From: Vampirovibrionaceae bacterium NZW_1234 | Lineage (GTDB): Bacteria; Cyanobacteriota; Vampirovibrionia; Vampirovibrionales; JAGQHJ01 | Direction: 5' to 3' | Length of the DNA: 55,242 nucleotides | Assembly: GCA_041697335.1 (NCBI GenBank) | Contig: JBGUGD010000022.1 | Location: 1-55,242 of the forward strand | In this document: in pieces, positions 39,781 through 50,967 of the stretch | How the letters are laid out: the number at the start of each line of letters is the position of its first letter | How positions within the stretch are numbered: the stretch's first letter is position 1 | The notes under the pieces: generated by a model | The model's database searches: none | Told to the model about the DNA's origin: nothing | Seen by the model: the letters and a program-made list of their open reading frames with translations, nothing else | Translations under genes and position numbers: made by a program

Positions 39781-42288
39781 TTATGAAACCAACACCATGC
39801 CATGATCTTCGGGTTTGAACCCGGGTGGAAACTTTGTTGAGAGGCTGTAGCGAGCGCCATTCAGATTCGCCCCTTCCAAAACAGCGCCGGATAAATTAGC
39901 CCCACGCAAGTCGGCACCAAACAGATTCGCATAGCTCAGGTCGGCGTTGTTGAGATTGGCGCTTTTCAGGCAGCTGCCAATAAGGTTTGCGGCTTTCAGT
40001 TCGGCGGCAGAGAGGTTAGCGTTGGCCAGATGACCACGCTCATAATCCTCTTTCTCAATCCCTTGGTCTTTTAAATACGCTTCAAATTTTCCCAAAATTT
40101 CGGACTGTGTTTCAGGCTTCAGGTTGTTTTGCTGGGCCAGGGATTTTGCAAACTCTGTAACTTTGGTATGGACGTTGACGGGTTCTTCCGAATGAATTGC
40201 TTTCACTTGAACCGAGTTACGTAAGTCAATGCCGTAGATATTGGCCCGCTGTGCATCGATCCATTTGAGATCCAGCAAGGTCAGGCCAAGTTCATCAAAG
40301 GAGGCGCGTGAGATTTGTGTGCCTCTCAAAGTTGCATGGGACAGGTCTGCGTTGCGTAAGGTCGTCGCTGTCATCAGGGCACCCGATAGGTCGGCATGCT
40401 CGAGTTGGGCATCATTCAAATTGGCGCCCACCAGAGAGACCTTAGAGAAGTCCACGTGCTCCAGATGCGTGCCGGACAAGTTTGCATGGGATAAATTGGC
40501 CCCTGTTAGCGTCGCTTCGCGCAGATTGGCACAGGCCAGATCCGCCCCGGCAAAGTTGGCATTTTGTAAGTCAGCATTCACCAGGTTGGCACGGTTCAAA
40601 TTGGCGTCAGCCAAAAAGGCACCTTTCAAGTTCGCGCCAGACAAATCGGCGCTGGCGAGACTGGCGTTAAAGAGATTTGCTTTTTGCAGGTTTGAATCTC
40701 GCAAGTCAGCCCCTTGTAAATTGGCGCCGATGAGCTTGGCTCCGTTCAAATTGGCTTTATTGAGGTTTGCCCCTTCTAAGTTGGCCAGAACCAAGTTGGC
40801 CTGGGTTAAATCCGAACGGCTCAGGTCTGCCGCAATCATCGCAGCACCGTTGAGGTTGGCACGTTTCAAATTACTGCCGCTCATGTCAGTACCGATCAGA
40901 CGGGCGCCCTTGAAATTGGCCTGTTGCAGGTTGGCTTTGCTCAGATCTGTTTGTACCAAGCTGGCCCCTTCCAGATCAGCGTTGCGTAAATCGGCCCCAC
41001 GTAAATTCGCACCGTCCAGGCGTCCGTATTTCAAGTTGGCTTTGCGCAGACTGGCATCCGATAAATTGGCGTTACGCAGATCAACACCGGTTAAATCTGT
41101 TTTCTCAAGATTAACGCCTTTTAGGATGGCCCCTTTGAGATTTGCGCCATCGAGCTTGGCCCCTTTCAGGTTGGCTCCTTCCAAATTCGCATCTTCGAGG
41201 TTTGCATTTCTCAAATCCGCTTTAGCCAGATTCGCGTTACAGAGCATGGCTCCTTTGAGGTTCGTCCTCTCCATGTTAGCCAGCATAAGGTTTGCGCCCT
41301 TCAGGTTGGCGTTTTCCATTTGGGCACTCTGTAGGTTTGCTTCTCGCAGATCAGCATGCTTTAGGGTCGCTTCTCTAAGGTTGGTATGGAAAAAGTCGGT
41401 TTTACGAAGCCATGCGCCGGTGAGGTTGGCACCCTGCAAGTTTGTTCGTTGCAGATTCATTTCTGAAAGATTTTGCTGATGCAAATTTGCTTCTTTTAAG
41501 CTGGCATCCTGTAAATTGGCTTCTCGCAAGTTGGTCTGGGTCAGGTTGGCTTTATCCAGCTTGGCGTCTCGTAAGTCTGCCAGGGTCAGGTCTGCGCCGC
41601 GTAAGACGGCTTGGCTTAAATCGGCATCGCGCAGGTTTGCGCCCATCAGGTTGGTTTCGTTTAAGTGAGCCCCTTTTAAATTGGCGCCTTGCATCTGGGC
41701 CATGCTTAAGTTGGAGTTGCTCAAGATGGCGTCTTGCATGTTGGCCCGGTTGAAATACCCAAATGCCAGGTTCTGAGATCGCATGACCGCACCCTGGAAA
41801 TTTTTTCCATCGGTCATATCTTTGCTGACCTGGTTATAGAAGCCCATTCGCTTTTCAAAAACGGTATTAAGCGTTTGAAGGCCTGTGTTGAACTCGGGCA
41901 GGGTATTTTTGCGCTGCAGGTTCATATACCGAGTGAGCGCCTGGGGCTGGGCTTGAGCCTGGGCCTGCCCTTCACTGCTGAGTTCAAAAGGTAAGGGCAA
42001 GGATAAGTTTCCACTGGAACTGAGCGCCCGATCAACGGTAAGTGGTTCACGGAGTGCTGAAGCATTTTGCTGAAACACGCCAGGGATAACCGTTGAGGCC
42101 GCATGTTCCGATGCGGCTTTCATATATTTCAAGTCCGGGGCTTCACTTAGAAGACCATCACTCTGCTCGCCTTCTTTCGGGATGAAGGCTTTGAGAAGTC
42201 CCCCATAATTTCTGGACAGTTTAACCCAGAGAGGGACATGATGAGGGCGGCCTAAGTCTGTACCGATAGACTCACGATCAGTCATCAC
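39781..42288 (-). CDS. Large pentapeptide repeat protein (835 aa)
   Basis: About 100 A-(N/D)-L-x-x units in a main block plus a second C-terminal block. Confidence 0.95.
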   Translation of the reverse strand: MMTDRESIGTDLGRPHHVPLWVKLSRNYGGLLKAFIPKEGEQSDGLLSEAPDLKYMKAASEHAASTVIPGVFQQNASALREPLTVDRALSSSGNLSLPLPFELSSEGQAQAQAQPQALTRYMNLQRKNTLPEFNTGLQTLNTVFEKRMGFYNQVSKDMTDGKNFQGAVMRSQNLAFGYFNRANMQDAILSNSNLSMAQMQGANLKGAHLNETNLMGANLRDADLSQAVLRGADLTLADLRDAKLDKANLTQTNLREANLQDASLKEANLHQQNLSEMNLQRTNLQGANLTGAWLRKTDFFHTNLREATLKHADLREANLQSAQMENANLKGANLMLANMERTNLKGAMLCNANLAKADLRNANLEDANLEGANLKGAKLDGANLKGAILKGVNLEKTDLTGVDLRNANLSDASLRKANLKYGRLDGANLRGADLRNADLEGASLVQTDLSKANLQQANFKGARLIGTDMSGSNLKRANLNGAAMIAADLSRSDLTQANLVLANLEGANLNKANLNGAKLIGANLQGADLRDSNLQKANLFNASLASADLSGANLKGAFLADANLNRANLVNADLQNANFAGADLACANLREATLTGANLSHANLSGTHLEHVDFSKVSLVGANLNDAQLEHADLSGALMTATTLRNADLSHATLRGTQISRASFDELGLTLLDLKWIDAQRANIYGIDLRNSVQVKAIHSEEPVNVHTKVTEFAKSLAQQNNLKPETQSEILGKFEAYLKDQGIEKEDYERGHLANANLSAAELKAANLIGSCLKSANLNNADLSYANLFGADLRGANLSGAVLEGANLNGARYSLSTKFPPGFKPEDHGMVLVS

Positions 42289-42480
42289 TTGTTTTCCCCA
42301 GCTGCTCTCGACCTGGAAAATGCGTTACAAAACACCACGACATAATCGCATTCCCACATGAGCATGAAACCGTTTGCGAAGGCTTTTGTGCTATTAAGCT
42401 CCCCAGAACGTATCTGAACATTACAGAGTTTGTTTTTTAAAAGGCAGACTTCTGACATGTAAGAGAGCGGTTTGGCTCTA

Positions 42481-42518
42481 AAAAACACCCCCAACGCCAT
42501 TTGTGCGTTGGGGGTGTT
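42481..42518 (-). terminator. Intrinsic terminator after fusA
   Basis: AAAAACACCCCCAACGC...GCGTTGGGGGTGTT. Confidence 0.85.
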
Positions 42519-42540
42519 AATCGTTTGAGGGATAAAGTGC

Positions 42541-44634
42541 CTATACGGCAGCTTCCTGGCCTCGGAACTTGCTGATGAGGGTCTCGGCAATGTTGCTCGG
42601 AATAGGCTCGTACTGAGCAAATTCCATCGAGAACGTACCCCGACCCTGGGTTTTACTGCGGATGTCTGTTGCGTAACCGAACATATCGGCCAGAGGCACC
42701 ATCGCACGAACCCGCTGGGTTTGCGTGCCTTCGATAGGCTCCATCCCTTCCACCCGTCCACGACGGCTGGAGAGGTCACCGATAACGTCCCCGATAAATT
42801 CTTCGGGAACTTCGATTTCCACTTTCATAACCGGTTCCAGGAGCTGAGGGCCAGCGCGTTTTACACCGTCCTTCAGAGCCATACTACCGGCGATCTTGAA
42901 CGCCATCTCGCTCGAGTCAACGTCGTGGTAGCTACCGTCAAAGAGCTGGACTTTGAAGTCAATCAACTCGTAGCCGGCCATAATGCCACCTTGGGCTGCT
43001 TCTTGAATCCCTTTATCAACAGGGGCGATGTATTCCTTAGGAATAGCGCCACCGACGATTTTGTTTTCGAAGCTGTACCCAGCGCCACGTTCTTGGGGAA
43101 TCAGGCGCAGCCATACGTGACCGTATTGACCTTTACCACCGGATTGACGGATGTATTTTCCTTCAATCTCGATTTCCTTGGTAATGGTTTCACGGTAAGC
43201 AACCTGGGGTTTGCCGACGTTCGCTTGAACTTTGAATTCACGCAACAGACGGTCGACAATGATTTCCAAGTGCAATTCGCCCATCCCGGAAATGATGGTT
43301 TGACCGGTTTCTTCGTCTTGACGAACCTGGAAGGTCGGATCTTCTTCGGCCAGCTTCGCCAGGGACAAGGACAGTTTTTCCTGGTCGGCTTTGGTCTTAG
43401 GTTCGATAGCAATCGAGATAACCGGGGTCGGGATGTGAATGGATTCCAGAACGATGGGGGCGTTTTCCACACACAGGGTATCCCCAGTGGTGGTATCTTT
43501 CAGACCAACCACAGCGCAGATGTCTCCGGCGTGAACTTCCTGGATTTCCTGGCGTTGATCGGCGTGCATCTGAACCAGACGGCTGATCCGTTCTTTTTTG
43601 CCCTTGGTGGTGTTCTGAACGTAGCTGCCGGCTTGCAGTGTACCGCTGTAAACCCGGATAAAGGTCAGACGGCCTACGTAGGGGTCGGTCATAATTTTAA
43701 ATGCCAATGCAGCAAAGGGTTCGTTGTCACCACTCTTGCGGGTGTCTTCGTTTCCATTGGGCAAGATACCCTGGATTGCAGGAACGTCAATGGGGGCAGG
43801 CAGATAATCCACGACGCAATCCAGGAGCAACTGAACACCCTTGTTCTTGAAGGCGGTACCGCAGGTCACGGGAACGATTTTTACTTCGCAGACAGCTTTA
43901 CGCAAAGCTTTTTTCAGCTCGTCTACAGAAATTTCGCTACCTTCCAGATATTTTTCCATCAAGGCATCATCGGTTTCGACGATAGCTTCAATGAGGCTGG
44001 CATGAGCGGCATCAGCCTCATCTTTCAACTCGGCGGGGATCTCCGTGACTTGAATGTCGGTGCCGATGTCGTTTTTGTAGATGTAGGCTTTCATTTCAAC
44101 CAGATCAACGATACCGGAGAATTGATCTTCGCTGCCAATGGGCAATTGGATGGGGTGGGCATTGGCGCCGAGGCGGTTGCGAACTTGATCCAACACCCGG
44201 GCAAAGTTGGCCCCGATACGGTCCATTTTATTCACGAATACCAGTCGGGGAACGTTGTAACGGTTGGCTTGGCGCCACACGGTTTCAGACTGGGACTGAA
44301 CACCACCAACCGCACAGAAGACAGCCACAACACCATCCAATACCCGCAGAGAACGCTCAACCTCAATGGTGAAGTCAACGTGGCCAGGGGTGTCGATGAT
44401 GTTAATTTGGTGATCTTTCCAGAAGGTGGTAATGGCGGCGGAGGTAATGGTAATTCCGCGTTCGCGTTCTTGTTCCATCCAGTCGGTTACAGCGGTTCCT
44501 TCGTGAACCTCACCGATTTTATGGACTTTCCCGGTGTAGTACAAAATCCGTTCCGTTGTGGTGGTCTTACCGGCATCAATGTGGGCGGCAATCCCGATAT
44601 TTCTGACTCGTTCAAGGGGTGCTTGTCTAGCCAC
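42541..44634 (-). CDS. fusA: Elongation factor G
   Basis: [54 protein letters not shown]. Confidence 0.99.
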   Translation of the reverse strand: MARQAPLERVRNIGIAAHIDAGKTTTTERILYYTGKVHKIGEVHEGTAVTDWMEQERERGITITSAAITTFWKDHQINIIDTPGHVDFTIEVERSLRVLDGVVAVFCAVGGVQSQSETVWRQANRYNVPRLVFVNKMDRIGANFARVLDQVRNRLGANAHPIQLPIGSEDQFSGIVDLVEMKAYIYKNDIGTDIQVTEIPAELKDEADAAHASLIEAIVETDDALMEKYLEGSEISVDELKKALRKAVCEVKIVPVTCGTAFKNKGVQLLLDCVVDYLPAPIDVPAIQGILPNGNEDTRKSGDNEPFAALAFKIMTDPYVGRLTFIRVYSGTLQAGSYVQNTTKGKKERISRLVQMHADQRQEIQEVHAGDICAVVGLKDTTTGDTLCVENAPIVLESIHIPTPVISIAIEPKTKADQEKLSLSLAKLAEEDPTFQVRQDEETGQTIISGMGELHLEIIVDRLLREFKVQANVGKPQVAYRETITKEIEIEGKYIRQSGGKGQYGHVWLRLIPQERGAGYSFENKIVGGAIPKEYIAPVDKGIQEAAQGGIMAGYELIDFKVQLFDGSYHDVDSSEMAFKIAGSMALKDGVKRAGPQLLEPVMKVEIEVPEEFIGDVIGDLSSRRGRVEGMEPIEGTQTQRVRAMVPLADMFGYATDIRSKTQGRGTFSMEFAQYEPIPSNIAETLISKFRGQEAAV

Positions 44635-44821
44635 AGTCCTCAGGTCCTCTTTGATGGTTGATTAACATACACGATACTGTTATTCGAAATGATAGAACAG
44701 AGATGCCCGGACTTCAACACGTTTGGGCAAAGCTTTTGAAGGCGGATTTATGGAAACAGTCTGAACATTTCCAAGGAGAAAATCAGGATGGGCAAACAGG
44801 GAGGGCAATATGATAAAAGCT

Positions 44822-45745
44822 TTAGCTTTTTCGGAGGGCATTTAAGATGGTTGAACCGCCTTCTTTCAAAAGGGTTTTTGCCAGCTCGCAACCTGCCTGT
44901 TCGGCGCCATCGGCAGTAAAGACCTGCTGAGCCCTAAGGAGGGGCGTGCCTGTGGGATCGGCAATCATACCATCGATTTGAAATTGCCGCTCATTGATAG
45001 GGCGGGCATAGGCCCCCATTGGGACCTGGCAGCCACCTTCCAGCGTTCGCATAAAGGCTCGCTCCGCCTGAGTGGCAATGGCGGTTTCTCGATCAGCCAA
45101 GGGAGCAAAGAGCTCTTTTAAACCGGGATCCGCAAATTCAATAGCCAATGTGCCTTGGCAGCATGCCGGAATCATCAGTGGGGGTGCCAGCAATTCGGTA
45201 ATTCGGCTGTCCAGGCCAAGGCGATGTAAGCCTGCCGCCGCCAGAATAATGGCATCAAATGGCCCTTCGTCGAGCTTTTTTAATCGGGTTTGAACATTGC
45301 CCCGAACGACGTCTACGTTCAAGTCCGGCCGATGATGCAAGAGCAAGGCTTGGCGCCGAAGCGAGGAGGTCCCAATGGTACTGCCGGAAGGTAAGGCTTC
45401 AAATGTCTTGCCTGACTTGCTCACTAGCGCATCAAGTGGGGTTTCCCGATGCCCAAAGGGCATCAGATAGAGCCCTTCGGGTTGCTCTGAGGGCATGTCT
45501 TTCATGCTGTGAACGGCGAAATCAATCTCGCCTTTTAACAAAGCAACTTCCAATTCTTTGACAAAAAGGCCTTTGTCCCCGATTGAGGACAGAGAGGACT
45601 CCAGGTTCAGGTCCCCTTGGGTCTTAAAGGTCTTCAGGCTCAGCTCTAATTCAGGTTTTTGTTCCCGCAAGCGAGCCATGACAAATTCGGTTTGCGTTAA
45701 TGCCAACAGGCTGTCTCGACTGCCAGCAATCAAAGAGCGACTCAT
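44822..45745 (-). CDS. hemC: Hydroxymethylbilane synthase
   Basis: SRDSLLALTQ, KGLFVKELE, AVHSMKD, GTSSLRR, RGNVQTRL, LEGGCQVP. Confidence 0.97.
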   Translation of the reverse strand: MSRSLIAGSRDSLLALTQTEFVMARLREQKPELELSLKTFKTQGDLNLESSLSSIGDKGLFVKELEVALLKGEIDFAVHSMKDMPSEQPEGLYLMPFGHRETPLDALVSKSGKTFEALPSGSTIGTSSLRRQALLLHHRPDLNVDVVRGNVQTRLKKLDEGPFDAIILAAAGLHRLGLDSRITELLAPPLMIPACCQGTLAIEFADPGLKELFAPLADRETAIATQAERAFMRTLEGGCQVPMGAYARPINERQFQIDGMIADPTGTPLLRAQQVFTADGAEQAGCELAKTLLKEGGSTILNALRKS

Positions 45746-45752
45746 AAAGGCC

Positions 45753-47159
45753 TTACTTTCGGTTTAATGGCAGTGAAACCACTTTAGCGGTAGCTGTATT
45801 AGACTCAGCTTGTTTGCTGCTGATAAGAGGCCTGGTTCGAGATTCGCAACCGGCTTCCAAGGGTGGAATATTAAACAGGCGGCTCAAAAACTCAGCCTGA
45901 CGATAAATTTCGTCCAAATGCGGGGTTGAGCGAAGCTGTACAGTGGGGTCATGCAAAATTTTATTCACCAATGTCCTGGAAAGATCGTCAATAATGGTGC
46001 AGCTTTTTTGGACATGAGGGCAATGAGCTTCGATCCCAGCAACTTCAGTGCGGCGTATATCATCCACACGGGCCCGAAGTTGGGTAATAACGGGGACTGC
46101 CGTACGGCTTACCTGCCATTGTTGATATTTTTGAAATTCTTTTTCAATGACCTGGTGTGCCTGAGAAATCAAGCGCATCCGGTTCTCGCCAGTATAGCCT
46201 GAGTACCCTGCCAGGTCATCGGTGTTGTAAAGGTGAACGCCCCCAAACTCAGCCACCATTGGATCCACGTTGCGGGGAACGGCAATGTCAATGATGAGCT
46301 TGGGACGGTTGATGCTTTGAAACAGCTCGGGGTGCAATACAAAGTGAGGCGAGCTGGTTGTTACAAAGAGCGTATCATAGTGATTGATCACACGCTCCAA
46401 ATCATCCCATCCATAGCCCGGGAATCCGTATTTGTTGGATAGGGCTTTAACTCGCTCCGGGGTTCGATTCACGATAACAATCTGCTCCGCTGCCCGTTGG
46501 TCTTCCGGCAGCGCTGTCTTTAAGGAGGCCATGAGGATTTCTGCCATTTTCCCGGCGCCAATCAAGGCGATATTGCCTTGGAGGAATTCCGGATATTGGG
46601 TTGAGGCAAAGTCAAAAGCCGCTCGGGCAACACTGATGTCTCGGTTGGCGATACCGGTTTGACTGCGGACTGCTTTACCCACCGACAAGGCTGTCTTGAA
46701 AAGCTTATCAATGATTTCGCCAGAAGAGCCTACCATCATGGCCGCTTTTAAGGTTTCTTTGACTTGTGCCATAATCTGCCCTTCCCCAAGGACAAGGCTA
46801 TCAAGCCCCGAGGCAACTCGGAACAGGTGCATAACAGCATCTTCATGCATCAGGATGAAGGCATGTTTCATATGGCGATTGTAATCAAACTGCTTATAGT
46901 CGCTCAAAAAGGTCTTGAGAGACCGAATCCCGAGAACGGTGTCGGTGACGGTCGCGTACACCTCGGTACGATTACAGGTGTTTAAGATGGCGCCTTCCAC
47001 AATACCGGGCAGGGTCAGCATTTCTCGAAGTGCGTCAGGCACTTCTTCCGGCGAAAAGGCAAGCTTTTCTCGTATTTCAATAGGGGCCGTTTTGTGGCGA
47101 ACTCCGATGACGAGGGTGTGCATGGGGTCTATGACACGTGTCTCATTATGGGCTTCCAT
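45753..47159 (-). CDS. hemA: Glutamyl-tRNA reductase
   Basis: TCNRTE, HLFRVASGLDSLVLGEGQI, GAGKM, DIAVPRNVD, KILHDPT. Start uncertain (47159 or 47123). Confidence 0.96.
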   Translation of the reverse strand: MEAHNETRVIDPMHTLVIGVRHKTAPIEIREKLAFSPEEVPDALREMLTLPGIVEGAILNTCNRTEVYATVTDTVLGIRSLKTFLSDYKQFDYNRHMKHAFILMHEDAVMHLFRVASGLDSLVLGEGQIMAQVKETLKAAMMVGSSGEIIDKLFKTALSVGKAVRSQTGIANRDISVARAAFDFASTQYPEFLQGNIALIGAGKMAEILMASLKTALPEDQRAAEQIVIVNRTPERVKALSNKYGFPGYGWDDLERVINHYDTLFVTTSSPHFVLHPELFQSINRPKLIIDIAVPRNVDPMVAEFGGVHLYNTDDLAGYSGYTGENRMRLISQAHQVIEKEFQKYQQWQVSRTAVPVITQLRARVDDIRRTEVAGIEAHCPHVQKSCTIIDDLSRTLVNKILHDPTVQLRSTPHLDEIYRQAEFLSRLFNIPPLEAGCESRTRPLISSKQAESNTATAKVVSLPLNRK

Positions 47160-47310
47160 GTATTGTGCCCGCAAAGAATTCGTCAAGTCTATGATAAAGC
47201 TTAACTTTTTCCTTGGGGACCTCAAGGGGAGATCAACATTATCATACTCAAATCATGCTGACATGAACACTGATCAGGGTCGTCTGTTGACGTGTTATGC
47301 AAACGGAAGT

Positions 47311-47775
47311 TTAGGCCATCCATTCCCCATCAGAGCCTACATCTCCCTTGTCTCGGGCCGCTTCTTCAAGCTCTTGGATGGCTTGCTTAGTGGACTCCAT
47401 TAGTTTTTCCTTACGAATGGCAAATTGCCGGGAAAACTGTCGCCAGCTCTTGACCTGTTTGGTGCGACGGGTTTCCGGATCAAATTTTTCTTTCCAGCGT
47501 TGGACAACGAGGTTAAAATAGTCATCCGTTGTAGGAGGAGCGTAGTTCACAGCACGTGAGCCTCTTCGGTTGGTTGAAGAAGAAGGGGATGTTTGCTGAG
47601 GAGACAAATAGGCGCTGAATTGCTGAAGTGCCGTATTTTGAGGCGCGTTAAAGGTATTGTTTTGCCATTGGTTGATACGGCGTCCGGTATCAAAATTATA
47701 CGGATTCACACTGGGCACACCCCCGTAATAGAGGTTTGCTGCAGCGTAGGCTAAATAATCCGATCTCAGGGCCAA
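47311..47775 (-). CDS. Hypothetical protein (Asn/Tyr/Ser-rich N-terminus, helical C-terminus)
   Basis: 154-aa ORF filling the intergenic space, with a sigma-28-like promoter upstream. Confidence 0.65.
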   Translation of the reverse strand: MALRSDYLAYAAANLYYGGVPSVNPYNFDTGRRINQWQNNTFNAPQNTALQQFSAYLSPQQTSPSSSTNRRGSRAVNYAPPTTDDYFNLVVQRWKEKFDPETRRTKQVKSWRQFSRQFAIRKEKLMESTKQAIQELEEAARDKGDVGSDGEWMA

Positions 47776-47820
47776 AACAACACCGTCCAGAACAATCTCT
47801 CTCTAATGTAACTTATGGAA

Positions 47821-47848
47821 ATATCGGCTGGAGACCCTGAAAACTGGA
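47821..47848 (-). promoter_or_regulatory. Sigma-28-type promoter candidate
   Basis: Minus strand TCCA-N16-GCCGATAT; consensus -10 element, imperfect -35. Confidence 0.5.
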
Positions 47849-48255
47849 GAACGGTTAACAAATGTTTAATTTTGTGAGCAATCCGTTATTCATACTCCGG
47901 GGACATTCAGAATGAAAGAGGAGGCGCGTTCTGTAGTGTGTTTACAGAAAGTATATGTGGGTTTCTGAAAAATGCAACTTGAGGGACGCTTTCTGAATTC
48001 ATCCCGTTACCTTGAGTCGAAGGGGGTAGAGCCTGCCTCACAGATATCTCTAAAACATAGAGTTGCGTCAGCTCTGTTTTCGTCACCGTTGGTGGATGCA
48101 TTCAAAAGATTGCCTTCACAGTTACGGAGAAATCATAAAGAGCTTGGTGGTTTGAAATTTGTAACATTTATAGGGCGTAGCTATCATTCTTTGGGGTTGA
48201 GAGGGTTTTACGCAACATCAATCGGTTAGGTTTATGGGAGTCATAAGGAGTAAAC

Positions 48256-48756
48256 GTGATGATGACAGCGTTTGGAACACCTCAAGCAGCAACAGTTCGA
48301 TTTGCAAGTTTGCCCTTAGCAGAGCGCTTGAAGCAGCATGCGTCAGCCGTGGGAACACAAGAACAGCGGGCACAAAAAGAAGCCCAAAAAAAGTCCGCTG
48401 AAGCCCTTCGGCAGAAATTTAATACACAAAAAGTAAGATTGACAGAAGAATTGGCTAAGCCAGCATTTCCTAATTCTGCTGGAGGACACTTTTCACATCG
48501 TGATGTATTGGAAGTGGTAAGCCTTAGAACCCGCCAGCAATTGCATCGCCATTATGAGATTGGTGAAGTCCACATTGCCAGTGCTTTTAACCTGTCTTTT
48601 CGTCCAGAGCGGGCCCAACTCAAAACAGCACTTCTCAATCTAAAGAATATGGGGCTAATAAATTGGACCGATGATCGGGATCGGAGCAACATGGACGGCA
48701 TGCGGGTTCAGGCCTTAGGCGACTTGGCATTGAAAGAGATAAACGTATCCGAGTAA
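48256..48756 (+). CDS. Hypothetical protein
   Basis: RBS TAAGGAG; 166 aa; N-terminal VRFA; C-terminal half possibly winged-helix-like (uncertain). Confidence 0.7.
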   Translation: MMMTAFGTPQAATVRFASLPLAERLKQHASAVGTQEQRAQKEAQKKSAEALRQKFNTQKVRLTEELAKPAFPNSAGGHFSHRDVLEVVSLRTRQQLHRHYEIGEVHIASAFNLSFRPERAQLKTALLNLKNMGLINWTDDRDRSNMDGMRVQALGDLALKEINVSE

Positions 48757-48887
48757 TATTGAGCCAGTCGAATCATGATTCCCTCCTGCACTTACCCCAT
48801 GTGTAAACGCATGGCGAGGATTGACATATCCTGACAGGCAACGATAGGATCGGTTCTATTGGACGCTATGATGGAAGAGGGCCTCGG

Positions 48888-49571
48888 ATGAGCTTGATGG
48901 TGCTAAATGCCCCTAATTCTCAAGGACATTTTTCTGCGGCCCCTCGCTTTGGTCACGGACAATCAAGGACAGTCTCTCCTAGTAATTCACCGGCAGTTGT
49001 GTCATTAACGGCACCAGAGCGTTTGATTCAGCGGGTGCTTATAAAGCTGGTTCCGGGATGGATGGTGAAACCGACATTACAACTCAATGATGTTTGGGAT
49101 TTATCCCCTGCATGGCTAGAAAAACAGCGCATTAAAGGCCTTTTGCTCGATTTGGATGATACTCTGGTACCAATGGCAGATACCCAAGTGTCTCCTAAGG
49201 TGGTGTTTGCTATAAAGCGTTTTAAACAGGCTGGAAAGCAATGTTGGGTTGTCAGTAACAATATTTTTAATTATTTTTGCCTCAGTGCACAGCAAAAATT
49301 AGGTATCCCCGTTACTGGAAATGCACGAAAGCCTGATATTCGAGTCTTCCAGACCGTTTTGGCACGGATGGGCTTGAACCCTCAAGAGGTGGCTGTTGTT
49401 GGGGATCGTGTCCTCACAGACATGCGAGGTGGTCAGCGTTTAGGGGCCAAAACAGTCTTGGTGAAATCGCTAAACCGACATCGGGAAAATAGGTTCATGA
49501 AACTCTTTCGTCGGATGGAGCGCTGGCTGGTGATTCATGATACCGGCGTATCGAATCCCTTGAAGGCTTAA
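48888..49571 (+). CDS. YqeG-family HAD IIIA phosphatase with N-terminal extension
   Basis: GLLLDLDDTL, VVSNN, ARKP, VGDRVLTDMRGG. Confidence 0.9.
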   Translation: MSLMVLNAPNSQGHFSAAPRFGHGQSRTVSPSNSPAVVSLTAPERLIQRVLIKLVPGWMVKPTLQLNDVWDLSPAWLEKQRIKGLLLDLDDTLVPMADTQVSPKVVFAIKRFKQAGKQCWVVSNNIFNYFCLSAQQKLGIPVTGNARKPDIRVFQTVLARMGLNPQEVAVVGDRVLTDMRGGQRLGAKTVLVKSLNRHRENRFMKLFRRMERWLVIHDTGVSNPLKA

Positions 49572-49704
49572 AGTGTGTTTGCGAATAAGTGCAGCGATTT
49601 CCCCGATGATGGGTTAAATCTTCTGCAATCGTGTCATAAATAGCATCCGCGTAATTGGAACCGTATTGCTCTACAAATCACACTCGTTTTCGGGCGGCAA
49701 TGGA

Positions 49705-50967
49705 TTAGAGATATTTTGACGGCCCCACTGCAGTAATAATCGAGGGTTTACCCATATAGCGCTGGGCCACCTCCTGAACTTCCAACGCCGTTACGGCTTG
49801 GATACGTTCGGGGAGTTGTTCCATTTGCTCCAGAGTTAACCCTAGGGCCACTTGGTTACCAATATAGGTGCATTGTTGCGGGGCGGTTTCGAGATACACC
49901 ACACGGCGGCCGAGGATGTTTTCTTTGGCTTCATCCAGTTCCTGATGCCCAACCGGGTGTTCCATTAATTTTCCACACTCGACTTCGAAGCCTTTGAGAG
50001 CTTTATCCCGATTACTGGGTTCAGTGCCGATATAAAGCATAAAAATCCCCGCATATCGGGAGGATTCGTATTGGCTGCGGACGGTATAGGCTAACCCTTG
50101 CTTATCACGCAATTCAATAAAGAGACGCGATGTTAGACCCGCCCCCCCTAAAATGGTATTGAGCACCACCATGGCCGGGTAATCCGGATGCTCCAGCGGC
50201 GGGGCAAACCAACCTTTATAGATATGGAGTTGGTTTGTATCATCCTTGGCATAGGTGAGGTACCTATCCTCGGGAATTTTCAATTCCTGAGGTGGGTTTT
50301 CGGATTGACGATTCTCGCCCGACGAGGCTTGAAAATATTTTTCAATTTTATCTTTAACCCGATCGACATCGATATCTCCAGCCACGGAAATGAGCATATT
50401 GTTCGGGGTATAGATTGATTTATAGAACGCTTGAAGTGGGGCAACGGAGGTAATTTGAGGAATGGTTTCCAGGATGTTGCTGTGTGATGCTCTGTAGGGA
50501 GAGTCTTTGAACAGCTCGGTCATAAAGATGTCGTGCGAGCGGTTTCTTGGCGAGTCCAACTCCATTACCAATTCGCCATGGAGTCGCACTTTTTCTTTTT
50601 CATAGGAGTCCAAGGTCGAATTGAACAGCATATCGGCCATAAATTCCAATGATGCGTCCAGGTCTTCTTCCAGAAACGTGGCCGACATAATGCTGTAATC
50701 CCGGCGGGTATCATTTTCCAAATCCAGCGACAGGCTGTCCATGTCAATCGCAATTTGCTCGGCAGTTCTCTTCGTGGTGCCTTCTGTCAGTAGATCATCC
50801 ACCATGTCAGCAATCCCAGCTTTGCTCTCCAGTCGATTGCCTCCATGGACATAGATATTCATCGCCACACGCGGGGCACCCTCAAAGGGATGAAAATACA
50901 ATGTACTGCCATTGCTCAGGGAAATTTCCTGGGTGGCTAACATATGACGGGACGTGGAGGTTGTCAT
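49705..50967 (-). CDS. M16 peptidase, non-catalytic subunit
   Basis: M16 fold motifs (EGTTKRT, SRLFIELRDKQGLAY) but no HxxEH. Confidence 0.9.
   Translation of the reverse strand: MTTSTSRHMLATQEISLSNGSTLYFHPFEGAPRVAMNIYVHGGNRLESKAGIADMVDDLLTEGTTKRTAEQIAIDMDSLSLDLENDTRRDYSIMSATFLEEDLDASLEFMADMLFNSTLDSYEKEKVRLHGELVMELDSPRNRSHDIFMTELFKDSPYRASHSNILETIPQITSVAPLQAFYKSIYTPNNMLISVAGDIDVDRVKDKIEKYFQASSGENRQSENPPQELKIPEDRYLTYAKDDTNQLHIYKGWFAPPLEHPDYPAMVVLNTILGGAGLTSRLFIELRDKQGLAYTVRSQYESSRYAGIFMLYIGTEPSNRDKALKGFEVECGKLMEHPVGHQELDEAKENILGRRVVYLETAPQQCTYIGNQVALGLTLEQMEQLPERIQAVTALEVQEVAQRYMGKPSIITAVGPSKYL

Noticed and set aside
40241..41479. 412-aa repetitive plus-strand ORF
   Set aside because: Reverse-complement reading of the pentapeptide repeats.
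42721..44661. 646-aa plus-strand ORF
   Set aside because: Antisense shadow of fusA; no recognisable motifs.
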